Assembly (NCBI GenBank): GCA_002269645.1
Contig: NIVC01002582.1
Coordinates: 95,748-159,747 of the forward strand
Direction of reading: 5' to 3'
From: Macrostomum lignano
Lineage: Eukaryota
DNA: 64,000 nt
Part shown: positions 44,660 through 58,189 of the stretch, piece after piece
How positions within the stretch are numbered: position 1 is the stretch's first letter
Layout of the letters: the number at the start of each line of letters is the position of its first letter
The notes under the pieces: generated by a model
Databases searched by the model: none
What the model was told of the DNA's origin: nothing
What the model saw: the letters and a program-made list of their open reading frames with translations, nothing else
Position numbers and translations under genes: made by a program

Positions 44660-44831
44660 TGGACTGGGGGTCGCCACACACCCTCAATTACCCCAGCTAA
44701 TGCTGGCACCCGTTTTACATCTGGGTGAACTGAAGCAATGCAGAGTTGAGTGTCATCTTGCTCAAGGACACAAATTGTTCCAGTGGGATTGGGAATCGAA
44801 CCCGACGCTATGACCACTAGGCTGCAACCCT
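44660..44831 (-). mobile_element. SINE family A, 3'-truncated with a deletion in the head
   Basis: CCCTCAATTACCCCAGCTAATGCTGGCACCC...CTTGCTCAAGGACAC...TAGGCTGCAACCC. Confidence 0.75.
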
Positions 44832-45339
44832 CTTGGCCTAAATGTGGTTTCTTAATATTTTGACACGTGTTTAAAGCTCCCCTGCTGTTCTGCGTGGCCA
44901 ACTCTGGTCTCTTTGTCGGAGAAAGATATGAAGGATCAGTTAGGCAGCAACTTCCCCATGCAGGGCTCCTGGAGTTGCCAGTTGTTTGTTCTTCATCCAT
45001 GCTTTCAATATTGAAGCAGCAACATCTGCAGCAGCTGTTGTCTGCTGTTCGGTCTGCATTGCTGCATTTAGCCGTCAGGCATGACTGACAGCTCTTTGGC
45101 AGCGGTCAGTATGAATCGAGCAGCATGCAGATAAGGAACTGCAATTTTTTGTATGCAGATTTCCAGCATGGCACGGAGATGCTTTATTGCATGAATTTAT
45201 GATTTAAACTTAATACGGTCAAGCGCGCTTTCGAATAAGACGACGAAAATCACTTGAAAATTAATAATTTAGTGGAGAAGAGACTTAATTAGAAATTTAT
45301 TATATCCGAATAAAATAGAGATTGAGCGCCTTAGCTCGT

Positions 45340-45790
45340 AGTGAAGATGGAGCGATAATGAGCGTCTAATAGAAATTGAGCGCCTAATAGAGATTGAGCG
45401 CCTAATAGAGATTGAGCGAGCGTCTAATAGAGATTGAGAGAGCCTAATAGAGATTTAGAGAGCCTAATAGAGATTGAGCGAGCGTCTAATAGAGATTGAG
45501 AGAGCCTAATAGAGATTTAGAGAGCCTAATAGAGATTTAGAGAGCCTAATAGAGATTTAGAGAGCCTAATAGAGATTGAGCGCCTAATGGAGATTGAGCG
45601 CCTAATAGAGACTAATAGCCTAATAGAGATTGAGCGCCTAATAGATATTAAGCGCCTAATGGAGATTTAGCGCCTAGTTGAAATTGAGCGCCTAATAAAG
45701 GTTGGGCGCCTAATACAGATTAACGCCTAATAGAGATAGAGCACCTAATGGAGACTGATTGCCTTATAGAGATTGAGCGCCTAATAGAGA
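45340..45790. repeat. Degenerate 18-22-bp minisatellite (GAGCGCCTAATAGAGATT)
   Basis: About 22 units. Confidence 0.88.
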
Positions 45791-47039
45791 GTAGGAGCTC
45801 CAAATTTAGTGTTTAGTGCTCATTACAGTGTCCACTGTACATGTACCAAACCCATCCTTATATATTAACCTAAACAGACTTTGCTGACTCGGCTCTGTGA
45901 CTAAAAAGAGACTTTGATAAAAAAACTGGAACATTGTGTATGTATGGTGCAGTATGAAGAGTGTTACGCTTGGTGCTACAGTAATCCAATTGTCTGATCT
46001 GACAATAGGTTGTTCATAATTTACCATCTAAAACATGTGTATGCAAATAGTAAGCAGACAAGAATACACCTGTCTGCCTGACTCCATCGCGTGGGAAAAT
46101 ATTGTGAATAGAGAAGAAAACTCTGTGAAAATGCATGTTGAAAAGCTTCGAATGTCATGAAAAGCTGCGGCTGGATGGCAGCACATTCTATAGGCAATAA
46201 ATAAACTCTTATAACTTTTGTATTGTGCTTTATATTTTGTATTCTCCCCCCGTGTCACACTTACCCAAACCAGCAGGTTTATACAGGCCGTTGTATTTCT
46301 TCACCTAAGCAATGGCACACTCCATTTTGCAATCGCAATGCGTCATACAATGTACAGTTTTCATTGTCAATTTTGACCTTCGAGACCCTCAGCTCTAGAA
46401 AATGCTAACACCTGTAGTGACTGGCTTTTATACCTATTTTTGCCTCAACTACTGAAGCCCTTTAAGTGTTAAATTAGTGACAAAAATATCTTCCTCTTGA
46501 CATTTTTCATTCTTTCTCGCTTCGCTGCAAATTTGCATTCAAATTTGCACAGAATTCAATACAGCCGCATAATGAACCGCGCAATCTTCGCAGATTGTAA
46601 AACTCGAATATTCTATAAGATGATCATAAAAAGCTACTTTATTATATCTGGCCTTATTTTGGCTTTTTTACAACTGTTGAACTCTTGCGAACTACTTGGG
46701 TCTGCTCAACTATTTTGAAGGTGTGAAAATACTGCTGCACACTGGGGCCTCGCTGCTTCACTATTCTAAGTTGCATTTCATTGAATTAAAAAGGTGCAAA
46801 TAAAGATAGAAGATGGCGATACGATGCCCCCCCTCTACAAAAGATGTCGAGTTAGGGTAGTTCACCCATTGGCTGAGCCTTCCATTGGCGGGGATCCGGC
46901 CCGCGCCGCTACCCCATCCCCCGTCCCAGCCTCCTCCCCAACATCTCTATTCATCCAAGGGTCCGCGCATCTGTATAAATCAAGCCCAATAAACTCCCAC
47001 TTGTCTAACATAAAGAATTCTGAAGGTTCAGCTTAACAA

Positions 47040-50000
47040 ATGGACATCGCCAAGATTCTGGACCTGTCATCTCAAGCGGCCCCATCAGGAGATACGGCAG
47101 AGGTCCCGTCAGTTAGAACTGACAGTCCAGAAGATGCTTCGGTATTAGAAGTTTCAACTACAACTACAGCAACAGCAGCAGCGGTAGCAGCCGTGCCCGG
47201 AGACTCGGGAAAATTGCAGCAACTGCAGTGTAGGAATGATCTTAGGTAAGAACAACTTCGGAATTCCCTGCAATTCATACCTCAAGCACCACATAGAGAA
47301 TGACTGCGGACCAGAGGAGGAGATTAAGGAGATGGAGTAGAGGAGAGAGAGACAGAGAGAGAAAAGAAAGCTAGGAGAAAGGCGAATGAATATCAGAGAC
47401 GAGAGGAGACGAGAGATGAAATATAGGAGATGAGGGAGGAGAATAGGGAAAAAAGAGGGGAGAGGAGAGATGGGAGAGGCAAGAAAAGAGAGGCGAGAGG
47501 AGAAAGGGGAGAGGGGAGAGGGGAGAGGGGAGAGGGGAGAGGGGAGAGGAGAGAGGGGAGAGGAGAGAGGGGAGAGGAGAGAGGAGAGAGGAGAGAAGGG
47601 AGAAGGAGAAGAGAGAGGAGAGAGGAGAGAGGAGAGAAGGGAGAGGAGAGAGGGGAGAAGGGAGAGGGGAGAGGGGAGAGTAGAGAGGGGAAAGGCGAGA
47701 GGAGAGAGGGGAGAGGAGAGAGGAGACGCGGAGAGAGATGGTAAAAAGAAGAAGAAAGAAAAGAGAAGAGAGAGGCGATCAGAGCGAAGAGAGCTGAGAA
47801 GAGCCACAAACAAACTTTGAGCGGACTGGATTGTTGCTGAGCAGTTTCAAAGGACCCGAGGGCCGGATAGAGAGGCTTGGCGGGTCGGAGTTTGACGATC
47901 CATTTTCAGAACTCAATTCCTAAAATATCTACACAGCTTCTATTCAATGGCTGAATTGCTCTCTCGGAGTCTCTCGCTTTGTAGAATTCTAAAAGAATTT
48001 TTAGCTAATTCGAATAATTGTTCAGAAGTTCTACGCTTCTAATTGGAGCAATGTCTTTACCGAAGAAATTGACGCTCAAGTTTGCTGTCAGTCTGCAGAA
48101 ACTCAACCCCAATCCCAATATTCTTTTATAAAAAGTAAATTCTTCTTATCCTTGCAATGACACTTGCAAGAAAACTGTATATTAATTGGCAAAGTTGTGG
48201 AGCTGGCGTGGGCTGAATTGATGGAAGCTGGACAAAGTCTGCAGAACGAGTTAAAAGAATTCTACATCATGAGGGCAAATACATCATTAAATTTCTTGAG
48301 CCGGGCTGCGCGCAACTCAAGTGGCTCTCGATGCATGGGGGGGGCTGTTGGTTTTGAAAGTGTAGTGAAAGTCTTACAGCTGTGTACTGACTTTTCCACG
48401 AACGCCTTGCAATTTTTTTCTCACGCGATGATATCCCAATAATCCCCACCTTTAGCAGCAGTCATCAACAGGTGGATGGGAGGTCCGTCTTGGAGAGTTG
48501 AGCAGGGTTGAGTTTGCAGATGGAGACTTCGGGGATGTGGAGAGCGAGCTCCCCAGCTCAATGCAACTTTGTCTCAACGGGTTGCCCTCTGAATACACAA
48601 AAACAGGCCATGAGGCAAGACGCATCTGCCATTGGGTTTCACAAGCCCTACTCGAGCTGCAGCAACTCCATTCTGCTCAATGCAAGCATTCCTAGATAAT
48701 AGGCAATTGTTACCCTCTATAAGGCTCAATATGGAATCTCGCGCTTCTTAAGTTTTTTAGCAAACACCCGTGCACCAACCCTTTAACAAGCAGCGCAAAC
48801 ATCTCTGAGAATCCTCACTGCTATCGGATCTGATAGACACATAAAAGCCTCTATTCAAGACTGCAACTGCAAGCCGCGGCATCACTGAGCTGCACATGCA
48901 GTGCGTATTGAGCGAAACTGACAATTATGGAGCATTTTGAGTTTTTTTCTGCATCGTGTGCAGCTTTCTCTCAGTGCACTTCTCAATGAGGATCGAGTGC
49001 ATTGGTATAATAGATGATTGATCAGCTAATGACGATATAATTGCTCTTGCTCAAGGAGGCTCAACATCTTCTTCACGTTTGACTCGAATTGTTGCCCATC
49101 TTCACTTTTTGACCCGAGGCTCAGCAATATAACTCTGATGATGGATGATGAGAATTGAAGAGCAGGTGCTCAGAGCGAAGACAGACTTGTTTACAGTAGC
49201 TCTGAAGATATGCACTCAATGCCTATTGGAGATGAGTAGATGGGGCACCTGACCCCCTAGAATTGAGACGCGGAGGATAACGCCTCCTTCAAAAAGCGCT
49301 CAGCTGCAGTGGAGAAGTTCCAGTCAAAATTTCATTTGTTTAAAGCTTTTAAAAACCACATGCAGTCCGAGGAGCCTCTCTATCAGGCCCTCGGGTCCTT
49401 AAAAAATTCACAATAGCAATCCGCCCCTACTCAGCTCCGCCCCTACTTGTGTCTCTACTCAGCTCTCTTCTCTTTTCTCGCCTCTTCAATCCCTTCTCTC
49501 TCCGATCTCCTCTCCTCTCGTCTCTCGTCTCTCCTCTCCAGTTTCACCTATCCTCTATCCTCTCTCCTCTCTCCTCTCTCCTCTCTCCTCTCTCCTTTCT
49601 CCTCTCTCCTCTCTCCTCTCTCCTCTTTCCTCTCTCCTCTCTCCTCTCTCCTCTCTCCTCTCTCCTCTCTCCTCTCTCCTCTCTCCTCTCTCCTCTCTCC
49701 TCTCTCCTCTCTCCTCTCTCCTCTCTCATCTCTCCTCTCTCCTCTCTCCTCTCTCCTCTCTCCTCTCTCCTCTCTCCTCTCTCCTCTCTCCTCTCTCCTC
49801 TCTCCTCTCTCCTCTCTCCGCTCTCCTCTCTCCTCTCTCCTCTCTCCGCTCTCCGCTCTCCCCTACTTCGTATCCTCTCTCCTCTAAAAAATAAAAAATG
49901 AACTTATTTGTATTTTTGAATTTTTTAGCGACTTAACGGGCTCATTGACTCGAGCCCGCTCGGATCTCGAAGCCGCAGTCAGGCACTGCGAGGAACAAAG

Positions 50001-53000
50001 TCGACGAGTAGATCGGTACGGTCGCGAACTCGAATCTCTGCAACAGGAGCGCCTGGCCCAAGTGGAGCAGCTCCGACAGTTGCACGTGGAAATTTCCAGC
50101 GTAAGCAATGACTCTATTTGTACTAGTAAGCTGCGCTTCGCTTGAAACTCGTACAAATATGCTTCTCTGTCTTTGGGGAAATTTTTCTCAGGTCAATATA
50201 TTTTCAAATTTGATATAATCGCCCACAAAGTCACAGAATCGTTCACAGAAACCCCATATAACATAGAATCGCACACAGACCCATATAATCGCCAACAGAA
50301 CCATAGAATCGCCCACAGAACCATAGAATCGCCCACAGAACCATAGAATCGCCCACAGAACCATAGATTCGCCCACAGAACCATAGAATCGCCAACAGAA
50401 CCATAGAATCGCCAACAGAACCATAGAATCGCCCACAGAACCATAGAATCGCCCACAGAACGATAGAATCACCCACAGAACCATAGAATCGCCAACAGAA
50501 CCATAGAATCGCCAACAGAACCATAGAATCGCCCACAGAACCATAGAATCGCCCACAGAACGATAGAATCACCCACAGAACCATAGAATCGCCAACAGAA
50601 CCATAGAATCACCACAAAACCATAGAATCGCACACAGACCCATAAAATCGCCAACAGAACCATAGAATCGCACACAGACCCATAGAATCGCCAACAGAAC
50701 CATAGAATCGCCAACAGACCCATAGAATCGCCAACAGAACCATAGAATCGCCCACAGAACGATGGAATCACCCACAGAACCATAGAATCACCCACAGAAC
50801 CATAGAATCGCCAACAGAACCATAGAATTGCCCACAGAACCATAGAATCACCACAAAACCATAGAATCGCACACAGACCCATAGAATCGCCAACAGAACC
50901 ATAGAATCGCCAACAGAACCATAGAATCGCCCACAGAACCATAGAATCGCCCACAGAACGATAGAATCGCCCACAGAACCATAGAATCGCCAACAGAACC
51001 ATAGAATCGCCCACAGAACCATAGAATCGCCAACAGAACCATAGAATCGCCCACAGAACCATAGAATCGCCCACAGAACGATAGAATCACCCACAGAACC
51101 ATAGAATCGCCAACAGAACCATAGAATCGCCCACAGAACCATAGAATCGCCCACAGAACCATAGAATCGCCCACAGAACGATAGAATCACCCACAGAACG
51201 ATAGAATCGCCCACAGAACCATAGAATCACCCACAGAACCATAGAATCACGACAGAACTATAGAATTACCCACAGAACGATAGAATCGCCCACGGAACCA
51301 TAGAATCGTCCACAGAACCATAGAATCGCCCACAGAACGATAGAATCGCCCACAGAACCATAGAATCACCCACAGAACCATAGAATCGCCCGCAGAACCA
51401 TAGAATCGCCCACAGAACGATAGAATCACCCACAGAACCATAGAATCGCCCACATAACCATAGAATCGCCCACAGACCCATAGAATCGCCCACAGAACCA
51501 TAGAATCGCCCACAGAACGATAGAATCACCCACAGAACCATAGAATCGCCCACAGAACCATAGAATCGCCCACAGAACAATAGAATCGCCCCTGAAGCTC
51601 CATATCGGATAACCAAAACAATTATCATGGTCACGTAGAATCATTGCTTCCGTTTCAGCGAGCGGTTGACATTTCAATTATAATTCTACAATTATATTGG
51701 AGACTTGCTTCGTTGCTAAAACACATTCACTTCCATATAGCCTGCATATGAAGATTACGTAATCCATTAGCACTTGGTGCTGCTTGAAGTTCCATGTTCA
51801 ATCTTTTTAAGCACCCATCTAGCGATACAGATCTATCTCTTATTCTGCATCTTCCCTTGACATATTTCGTGCTGGTCAGTAAGGGCTATCATGTCTAGAA
51901 ATTTGAAGATTTTTTCAAAGCATCAACATTTTTGTTGTCTTCTTTTGCAACATGTCAATCGGAAGAGATGTTAGTGTTTGTCAGTAGAAACAAAAAACAT
52001 TTGCTGTTTCTGCAGAAAAGGAGAAGAGAGATCAGATACAGAAATCTCCAGTGCCCCAAACTCTTTGACCCCTGAACTGAACTGATGGGAGCTGTGTGCA
52101 TGGAATATCTCACAAGCCCAAAACTTCATATAGGCTTTGTACGGAATTTCCCATTTTCAAAAAACTCTTGCTTACTAATTCCGCTAGCTTAACAACTTAA
52201 ACTAATTTGACAATGTGAAGAATCGAGCTTGTGAAGAATCGAGTCTGTGACGAATCGAGCTTGTGATGAATCGAGCTTGTGAAGAATCGAGCTTGTGAAG
52301 AATCGAGCTTGTGAAGAATCGAGCTTGTGAAGAATCGAGCTTGTGAAGAATGGAGCTTGTGAGGAATCGAGCTTGTGAAGAATCGAGTCTGTGAAGAATG
52401 GAGCTTGTGAAGGATCGAGCTTGTGAAGAATCGAGTCTGTGAAGAATCGAGCTTGTGAAGAATCGAGCTTGTGAAAAATCGAGTTTGTGAAGAATCGAGC
52501 TTGTGAAGAATCGAGCTTGTGAAGAATCGAGCTTGTGAAGAATGGAGCTTGTGAGGAATCGAGCTTGTGAAGAATCGAGTCTGTGAAGAATCGAGTCTGT
52601 GAAGAATCGAGCTTGTGAAGAATGGAGCTTGTGAAGGATCGAGCTTGTGAAGAATCGAGCTTGTGAAGAATCGAGTCTGTGACGAATCGAGCTTGTTAAA
52701 AATCGAGCTTGTGAAGAATCGAGTCTGTGAAGAATGGAGCTTGTGAAGAATCGAGCTTGTGAAGAACCGAGTCTGTGAAGAATCGAGATTGTGAAGAACC
52801 GAGCTTGTGACGAATCGAGCTTGTGAAGAATCGAGCTTGTGAGGAATCGAGCTTGTGAAGAATCGAGTCTGTGAAGAATCGAGCTTGTGAAGAATCGAGC
52901 TTGTGAAGAATCGAGCTTGTGAAGAATGGAGCTTGTGAGGAATCGAGCTTGTAAAGAATCGAGTCTGTGACGAATCGAGCTTGTTAAAAATCGAGCTTGT

Positions 53001-56000
53001 GAAGAATCGAGTCTGTGAAGAATGGAGCTTGTGAAGAATCGAGCTTGTGAAGAACCGAGTCTGTGAAGAATCGAGATTGTGAAGAACCGAGCTTGTGACG
53101 AATCGAGCTTGTGAAGAATCGAGCTTGTGAAGAATCGAGCTTGTGAAGAATCGAGCTTGTGAGGAATCGAGCTTGTGAAGAATCGAGTCTGTGAAGAATC
53201 GAGCTTGTGAAGAATCGAGCTTGTGAAGAATCGAGCTTGTGAAGAATGGAGCTTGTGAGGAATCGAGCTTGTAAAGAATCGAGTCTGTGAAGAATCGAGC
53301 TTGTGAAGAATCGAGTCTGTGAAGAATGGAGTCTGTGAAGAATCGAGTCTGTGAAGAATCGAGCTTGTGAAGAATGGAGCTTGTGAAGATTCGAGTCTGT
53401 GAAGAATCGAGCTTGTGAAGAATCGAGCTTGTGAAGAACTGAGCTTGTGAAGTTTCGAGCTTCGAACTTTTCTGTCTTCCTCTGAAAACAAGATCTTTCA
53501 AGATGGCTTGGAAGAATGAAAGAAGGGTCGCATGATTCCGAAGCCATTTGAACTGAGAGGCAGAAACTTAAGGAAGCGATTTAAAAGATAAGAAGATATA
53601 CATGTGTCTAACAAAAATGACTACTTTATTAAAACGCTAAAAATTGTATTGTTCCAATTATTTTATACATTTTAAGACCCGGAAAATCTAGTCAATAACT
53701 CTATTAGCAATAATTTGAATTCGATTTCTGCCGATCAATATCGATAGCTGATATTGCTAAGAGTAAGGATTGCTGGGAGTTCACACCACCTGCCGTGTTT
53801 GCCCAATTAGTGTCAATAACCAATCAGAGATGCTAAGAGTTTGCACAGTTCAGTTCAGTAAGAAGTGTCTACACTGTGTAGTTGTGTCAGTCATTTTTCT
53901 CTCACCACGCTGTTCCTCATTTCTCCAGTTCCCCTCCAGCTCCCCTTTCTCCAGATCTTCATCTCATTATTTAATAGTGAAATTTTTGCTAGCAATTTCT
54001 AGCTATAGTTTTTAACGATCTGTTTAAACAGGTCAACTTTGACAGTGAGCAAGTATTGTTTCAAGAGCTCAACTCACTCAGGTCCATATTGTAGACAGAA
54101 CGAGGAGTGGGAGAAAAGAGGGGAGAGGTCCAGAATCTCTTCTTCATCATCGTTTCAGACTCCTATTATACGGTAAATCCCATTAGAAAGCTGAATCGTT
54201 TAATCAGGTTGAGAGAAGGCTTGAGTCGGCGGTATAAGCTTGGTTTACGCTGTGTCAACACGTTCTGGGGAGTTCCGAAGAGAGTCAGTCAGTCTCAAGT
54301 CTGAAAGGGTTTTTGAAGCGATATTGAGAAAGTGACTGATGATCTCCAGTCTTTGAGTTCTGTATAAGCAATAGAAACCCCCTTGAAGCTCGCTTTACAC
54401 ACATATTAGTGCCTGAGTGCAGGGATTGGCATCTTCAGTTTCATTCTTGACCCACTGCGATCGAGGCCCTATACGTATATGCGCATGGAGGTCTTTGGGA
54501 AAAATATAGCAAACAGACCAGCAACTTGGCTTTTATACTTGGCGGTGCCTGACCGTTGAAATTGGGAGGCGGCGGGCCCGAGAAAGTATGGAGAAAAGCT
54601 GGACAAACAAGGCAATCCGAGAGTTCTAAGCCAGCCGACGGTTCCCCGAAAATCCCCAAAAAACAAAGGTGTTTCGGTTTGGGGGAGGACTGCAATAATA
54701 AACACCTATAAGACAGGGATGCAGGCTTGAGGATCAAATTGTTTGCACACTCCTGCGCAGTGTGGGTGTCCGGCTAAACCTTATCGAATAGATTTTTTTC
54801 TCTTGGCAAAAAATGGCTAATTTTTTTTCTTGTGCGGAAAATAGCGGAGAATGCCGAGAGCCGCGTGAATAGGAGATGTCAGCTGTCTGTCACGATCGCT
54901 GGCCAAATGTAAAAAAGAAGAATTCGATTCCCAAAGTCTGGCAAACTTGCAATGCGGTCTTTGAATTCCTCAGCAACTTAGGTGGCCGGTTTTCCGTCTG
55001 CTGGTCTGAGGAATGCTGCAAGAGGGTTGGACAACTCTCGATGGTTTTCTAAAATTGTGCATAATATGCATCTATTGTTTGTTTATATTGTTTTGATAAC
55101 TACGAGTATTGAATTACATGTATATAGGATGTTAAAACAGGCTGAAGACAGAAAGAGTATTGAGTGAGATATGGAGAGACTACTGAGTGAGATACGGAGT
55201 GCTGAGTGAGATATGGAGAGAGTGCTGAGTGAGATATGTAGAGAGTGCTGAGTGAGATATGGAGAGAGCATTGAGTGAGATGGAGAGAGTGCTGAGTGAG
55301 ATATGGAGAGAGCATTGAGTGAGATGGAGAGAGTGCTGAGTGAGATATGGAGAGAGCGTTGAGTGAGATATGGAGAAGATATGGAGAGAGTGTTGAGTGA
55401 GATAGAGAGATTAGTAAGTCATAATTCGTTATCCGTTGATATTACGCAATGTAATTTTAACAAGCCGTGTCCTGTCCCCACAGCTGGAATCCAACTTGAA
55501 GCGCTCCGAAAGCGAACAGTCCCGCGAGTTGCAACGCCTCCGCTGCCTGTTGGACACCTACGGCCTGTTGCTAGGTCAGGTGAATCGACTGCGAATGAAA
55601 TGCGGCCTCGAGCCTCTGCAGGACTTTCGGAACACTGGCGGACTCAATGTCGAGTGAGTTGATGCATGCCACACCATGGGATTATCTGGAGCCCCCTAGG
55701 GGGGTTTGATTGCTAGTCTAATTGACTAAAATATTGAAATTCAAGTAGGAACCGGTTTAAATGCAGCAATAAAGTTTGAGTTCGATTTCAGTTAAGAAGT
55801 TTTTTACGAGCCGTAGCATTAAATTAATTTTTTATTAAGCTATTTTCTTTATTATATGCAAAAAGTGCAACCAAAGACAGTAACGGAAGCAAGCAAAGTT
55901 CCTAATGTACTTTTATATGTGAAGTCTTATAGCTCGAAACGTGGATATTTTTCGACCGAGTAAAAATCCCCAGTCAAATCTTTTCGAAATCCGTTTAGAC

Positions 56001-56981
56001 AAAAAGCCGTATCTTGAGCAATTCCGCTTCTCAATGATGTATTTTTAAGCTGTATTTTTAGCATAACTACGAATACTGTAGCTTCAAAAGTTCAGGGCTT
56101 ACTTTGCAGAATAAAATTCCTGTCTCTCAAACATAATTCAAAGTACATGTAGTGGCAAGTCTTTAAAAATATTCCCGTACATTGACACGTGTTGTGCGAG
56201 CTTGCGAGCAGTGGAGTTGGTTATTATGTCATGATTTCAAAAAAAGTACTCCTCCGGTTTTAACCACCCCTAATCCCGAATTGCATCCAGCATCGCGAAC
56301 AAATGCGGTCAGATCCCGATGGGCAACAATGGGTCAGCCGCGGCCGCGGCAGCCGCTTTGGACTTCATGAGCCGGCACCTGCTGGGTTTCGGTACGCCGT
56401 TCCTGCCGAATTTTGGCGGCGTCGGCGGCGGCGGTGGTGGCGGAGCATTCCTGCCGCCGCCTCCCGGATCTGCCGTCTATCATCATCTCCAGCATCAGCA
56501 CCAGCAGCATCATCAGCATCAGCATAATCAGCAGCAGCAACAGTCGCTGCCACCGCCTCCACCGCCGATGTCCGCGGCAGCAGCAGCCGCTGCCGCCGCT
56601 GTAGCAGCCGCCGCCGCAGCCGCCGTCAGCTCTTCGTCGAGCAGCCTGTGCGGCCGGCTCTACCCTCCTCCTCACCCGCACTCCCTGACCCCGAGGCCGG
56701 GCAGCTCAAACGCCGCCCTGCACCAGCCGGCAGCTCTGTCAACAACTTCCTCGTCCTGCCCATCGGCTGGCGTCTCCATGCAGCAGCCGATGCCGCAAGT
56801 CTGTGCCACGGCCACGGCCGCCGCCGCCTTTCGACAGCAACCGCCGCCGATGAAAGCTTGCACCTCCTGCCACCAGCAGATTCACCGGAATGCGCCAATC
56901 TGCCCGCTCTGCAAAGCCAAGAGCCGGTCTAAGAATCCCAAGAAGCAGAAGCGAAAGATTGACGGCTCGCTGATTGGTTGA
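47040..56981 (+). CDS. ZC4H2: Zinc finger C4H2 domain-containing protein, about 412 aa
   Basis: Exons 47040-47245, 49929-50100, 55484-55653, 56291-56981; phases 2/0/2, GT-AG, 1239 nt. Coiled coil [19 protein letters not shown] (human LLQEKMAHVEELRLIHADI). C-terminal [39 protein letters not shown] is nearly identical to human ZC4H2. Confidence 0.93.
47300..47905 (+). mobile_element. hAT-like family C element with an expanded (GGAGA)-type tract
   Basis: About 500-bp purine tract, then GAGAGCTGAGAAGAGCCACAAAC...AGTTTCAAAGGACCCGAGGGCCGGATAGAGAGGCTT...GCGGGTCGGAGTTTGACG. Confidence 0.65.
49365..49885 (-). mobile_element. hAT-like family C element, inverted, with a (TCTCC)n tract
   Basis: AGCCTCTCTATCAGGCCCTCGGGTCCTT is the reverse complement of about 47850-47878 with 1 mismatch, followed by about 430 bp of CT repeat. 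Confidence 0.65.
50215..51590. repeat. 20-bp intronic minisatellite (CCACAGAACCATAGAATCGC)
   Basis: About 68 units in ZC4H2 intron 2. Confidence 0.97.
52214..53455. repeat. 16-bp intronic minisatellite (AAGAATCGAGCTTGTG)
   Basis: About 77 units. An internal block recurs at a 288-bp offset. Confidence 0.97.
55155..55405. repeat. ~23-bp intronic minisatellite (GAGTGAGATATGGAGAGAGTGCT)
   Basis: About 11 units just upstream of ZC4H2 exon 3. Confidence 0.9.
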
Positions 56982-58189
56982 GAGACTCTCAGTATCTCCC
57001 TGACCGAAAATTGACATGCAGATCGAGCGTTTCACTTTTGCATGCAATCGGGGACTATAAAACTAACTAATAATATGGTTCGTTTAGCGATCGATATCTA
57101 TAACAAACATGAAAGTCAAGCGTTGCCTTCAAACTACAGTTTAAAATGCGAGTTGTTGTTAGCTGTGTAGATTGGCAAGCTATATTAAATTTTTGTTTGC
57201 GTACAAACTTGTTTGACTACATATTGTATGTCTATATTATTTGCCACTTTTTTATCTTGTATGTAATTCATTTCTCTGTGTACTTATTAAATTCTGATTT
57301 CGTTAAATGTCCTAGCTATAAACAGCCTGTCAGTTTTATTTGCGTCTGTTTTATCGCACTCGACGCACCCTTATTATTTTACCCCCGCACCAAATTAAAC
57401 AACATCACTGTCAATTTTTTAATTTATGCAACTTTCCTTTCTTCAGACCTCAATATTCATTCATGACAAAATCAACTTCTATATACTGATGCTGAAATTC
57501 TTCTGGGCCATCTGTTTCAAATCTACTAGCTGTAATAGTAAAAATATAACAAAAATCAACCGTTATCAACTCTTTGTGAGTCGTGCACAAAGTGTACGCA
57601 TTTAAATCTTTTGGTTACTCATTTGAGTCGCCAGACTATAGAACCAGGACAGAATTAAGGGGTTCCAAACTTTTAATAGGCAATTAAAAATAGTACAATA
57701 TACTTTTGGTTAACTTCATGGCATTGTATCATACCTCACTAGCTGTGTGAATAATTTAAATGTAAAAAATCTTCTGATGTGCTGTGCGTTGCTTAGGACC
57801 TTACGTATACAGTACAGGTACTTACACCGCGCCCGCGTGTTCTCATCAAAATGTACGCCATGCTACACAGGGACGTCGCCAAGGGGGACGGGCCGGGATA
57901 TTCCCCACTAAAAGTTGTGGGAGGGGACCAAAAACCAGTGTATACCGGTAACACTACATGCACAATGGTCCTTGGAGGGGACATGCCAAATGCTTTATAG
58001 TCCCAAGAAATTTGCTTCAGGAATTTGAATTTGAAGTGTCTGAGTGTCTGTAGAACCAATGCAAGACTAAAATACTAACAGTGTACACAACATGCATGTA
58101 CATTTTGAGTATACATTTTGAGTGTGTACACTGTTAGTACTTTTGTCTTGCATTGGGTCTTACAGCCATGACAGCAACCAGGCCAGTGC

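Noticed and set aside
44371-45088. 209-aa minus-strand ORF and neighbouring short ORFs
   Set aside because: The ORF runs through a SINE A copy into AT-rich DNA and has no domain motifs. A short Q/A-rich frame near 44950-45070 could be an exon but could not be linked to anything.
46794-47036. 80-aa ORF just upstream of ZC4H2
   Set aside because: It starts at a non-ATG codon, stops 3 nt before the ZC4H2 ATG, and has no recognisable homology or splice support.
47905-49365. Coding-like ORF fragments in the spacer between the inverted family C copies
   Set aside because: They are short and broken by stops, with no family recognised. They may be a decayed gene or element but cannot be supported.
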